From a virus (lineage: Duplodnaviria; Caudoviricetes), in the IMG/VR virus record IMGVR_UViG_3300032281_000351, positions 1 to 27,685 of that record: a stretch of 27,685 nucleotides of DNA; one strand, given 5' to 3'. Made by a program: the position numbers and the translations under genes. Under the pieces are notes generated by a model. That model was given only the letters and a program-made list of their open reading frames with translations. It did no database searches and was not told where the DNA came from. This document shows positions 25,922 through 27,685 of the stretch, piece by piece. Within the stretch, counting starts at the first letter, position 1; each line of letters begins with the position of its first letter.

Positions 25922-26817
25922 TATAGTACCCCAAGTTTTGTAATAGACTTAGCATACTTTGAAAGTATCTTGTCTACAATTATATTTCCTGTTCCTTCGA
26001 AAAGACCCTTATCAAATTGAATTCTAAATTGATCTGTATTGTAAGAAGAAATAAATCTCTTGTAATAATCTAGTTTCCCGCACTCTATATCGTGAACAAG
26101 CATTTCTGTTGCTCTAACAATATCTGATGGAACTGCTGTGTATCCATGCTCAACAGTTACTAGGTAATCCCATGTTCTGCCAAAGCCTCTATAAATAAAC
26201 TGTGGGTCCAAAGAATCTGATGATGCTGCTGGCAAAACTAGCGGAGAAGATTCTGCACGATTAATATTGTCAGATGACTTCTCAATAATTGATGTTTTAT
26301 CTGATGACACCTCATACTGTCTATCTTCAACTAATTTATTATTTTCATATACTGTCAAAACTTTTTTTACGTCATCCCATATTGGCAAGTAGTCTGCTCC
26401 AGTTCCTGTAAAATGAAGAACTTTTTTCTTATAGTAAAATCCTTCTGGGACTACAGAGTCTATAACCGCTCTTGCAATTTCTTCATTAATAGAATATGCT
26501 GATATGTCTGATGCTGTTTCTGCTTTTGTTGATGGATCAACATAAGGTCTTACAACTTCATAAGTTTCATCTTTAAGAATTACTTCTCCAACTACACCAA
26601 GATTTTTAACAATTTCGACTCTATATGATGAGTCGTATTTTCCTGGCAAAGATATATTAAGAACATTTCCTGCTACTTTATTTAAAAAGGTTGATTTTGA
26701 TACTGAGAGATCCGCCATATCCGTTATGGTAACAGTTATAGTCGACGATGTTATTCCCGCAGGAACTACAAAATTAACAGATATATCTGCGTATGGCGAA
26801 ACTCTCAATATCTCCAT
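25921..26817 (-). CDS. head-to-tail adaptor protein
   Basis: The C-terminal GYTAVPSDIVRATEMLVHD...VDKILSKY is typical of gp6/gp15-like adaptors. Has an extra N-terminal beta domain. Confidence 0.72.
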   Translation of the reverse strand: MEILRVSPYADISVNFVVPAGITSSTITVTITDMADLSVSKSTFLNKVAGNVLNISLPGKYDSSYRVEIVKNLGVVGEVILKDETYEVVRPYVDPSTKAETASDISAYSINEEIARAVIDSVVPEGFYYKKKVLHFTGTGADYLPIWDDVKKVLTVYENNKLVEDRQYEVSSDKTSIIEKSSDNINRAESSPLVLPAASSDSLDPQFIYRGFGRTWDYLVTVEHGYTAVPSDIVRATEMLVHDIECGKLDYYKRFISSYNTDQFRIQFDKGLFEGTGNIIVDKILSKYAKSITKLGVL

Positions 26818-26823
26818 CTTTAA

Positions 26824-27246
26824 TTATCCAAAAGCCTTCTGGACTTCTTCTGGTGTAGCAATGCGAACATGCCCACGAGTTAGCCACTTATCTGCTTGTG
26901 CTTTTGTAACAATGTTGTATCCTTTAGTAATTGAGCCAACTTCTTCCCAGCGAACGCTCTTTGCTGAGTAAAGTGCTACCTTTCCTGAAAGATCTGCTGA
27001 CTGTGAGATTACAGTCTTTGGTCCGTCTGCTGCCATTGATCCAATAGCGCCTGTTTCTGTAAAGCCTAGTGCTTGTACTGGCTCAACTGCTGCTGGTGCC
27101 TCTACTGCTGCCTCGGCTGCTTCTTCTACTACAGGCTCTGCCACTGGTACATGCTCTACTGGTGCTTCTACCACTGGGGCTTCTACCACTTCTTGCTCTT
27201 GAGCATCATGTGTTTTAAACGGATTGTTGTAATTATTATTTTCCAT
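26824..27246 (-). CDS. acidic low-complexity protein after the capsid gene (possibly lambda gpFI-like)
   Basis: E/A/P/V-rich repeats (VVEAP) plus a compact C-terminal domain. AGGAGG RBS. Confidence 0.7.
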   Translation of the reverse strand: MENNNYNNPFKTHDAQEQEVVEAPVVEAPVEHVPVAEPVVEEAAEAAVEAPAAVEPVQALGFTETGAIGSMAADGPKTVISQSADLSGKVALYSAKSVRWEEVGSITKGYNIVTKAQADKWLTRGHVRIATPEEVQKAFG

Positions 27247-27264
27247 TGTATCCTCCTTGTTTGT

Positions 27265-27273
27265 ATTATATCA
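27265..27273 (-). promoter_or_regulatory. extended -10 promoter TGATATAAT
   Basis: Perfect consensus between the capsid terminator and the AGGAGG RBS. Confidence 0.6.
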
Positions 27274-27285
27274 TTAAAGTATTAA

Positions 27286-27315
27286 GGGGGACAGGAGAGT
27301 GAACTCCCGCCCCCC
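27286..27315 (-). terminator. terminator-like hairpin after the major capsid gene
   Basis: GGGGGGCGGGAG-TTCACT-CTCCTGTCCCCC forms a 12-bp stem with 2 G-U pairs, followed by TTAATACTTT. Confidence 0.8.
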
Positions 27316-27336
27316 ATTAAAGGTACTGTTTACAGA

Positions 27337-27685
27337 CTATGCGTCTGCTGCAGCGTCAGCGAATGCGATTGCATCCTCTTCTTCCCAGTTGATACCGAAG
27401 CGAACGAATACAGTGTATTCAATTGTATCCTTCTTCGCTACGTACTCACGGTTTACAGTGATGTCTCTTTGGAATCCCCATACACGGTTTGCAGGGAATG
27501 TCAAATCGATATAGCCTGCTGGGTAGTAAGGAACTTCCTGAACTTCAATTCCAAGAACACGAGTTGTACGTGCTCCACCGAATGTCTGTCCGATACCATC
27601 AAGGTATGACTGGCGGTTTGCCTGGGTTGATCCTGGCATCTGGCCTGCGAATGCTTCTGCAACTGCATCAGCGAGTGTACCGTTA
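27337..27685 (-). CDS. major capsid protein (HK97 fold), C-terminal part; partial
   Basis: The frame stays open to the window edge (NGTLADAVAEAFAGQMPG...). LGIEVQEVPYYP...RDITVNRE...DTIEYTVFVRFG is the HK97-fold C-terminal pattern. Followed by a terminator. Confidence 0.88.
   Translation of the reverse strand, partial: NGTLADAVAEAFAGQMPGSTQANRQSYLDGIGQTFGGARTTRVLGIEVQEVPYYPAGYIDLTFPANRVWGFQRDITVNREYVAKKDTIEYTVFVRFGINWEEEDAIAFADAAADA

Noticed and set aside
422-27514. The many plus-strand ORFs of 60-143 aa in the track
   Set aside because: They are antisense shadows of well-supported minus-strand genes, with Ser/Phe/Leu-biased translations and no recognisable motifs.
1-27685. Stop-codon reassignment, tRNA genes, integrase or lysis genes
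   Set aside because: Genes are full length under the standard code and end in TAA, TAG and TGA. Intergenic gaps are short and accounted for by promoters and terminators. No such genes were recognised.

Overview
This is a continuous 27.7 kb segment of an AT-rich, long-tailed (siphovirus-type) dsDNA phage genome. Every credible gene lies on the minus strand. In reading direction (right to left) the genes are: 3' end of the major capsid gene, head-tail joining and neck genes, major tail protein, two paralogous tail assembly chaperones, a 3044-aa tape measure protein (TMP), distal tail, hub and fibre genes, then a replication module (Zn-ribbon protein, MerR-like HTH protein, DnaB helicase, DnaG-type primase, SSB, and the 5' part of a DnaE polymerase that the ORF track missed). 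The gene set and the apparent leaderless, extended -10 promoters suggest an actinobacterial host, but this is inference. The most notable element is the TMP. It carries an internal copy of its own C-terminal 'DTxPAMLTPGExV' motif, followed by a putative HNN nuclease-like domain and a protein-kinase-like domain with its catalytic residues in place, and it ends in Cys-rich, Ca-binding-like repeats. This suggests a processed polyprotein that delivers enzymes on injection. Also notable: the usual tail-chaperone frameshift appears to be replaced by gene duplication, and AGCT and CCGG were not found anywhere on manual reading. All protein calls come from motif recognition and gene order; no database searches were run.
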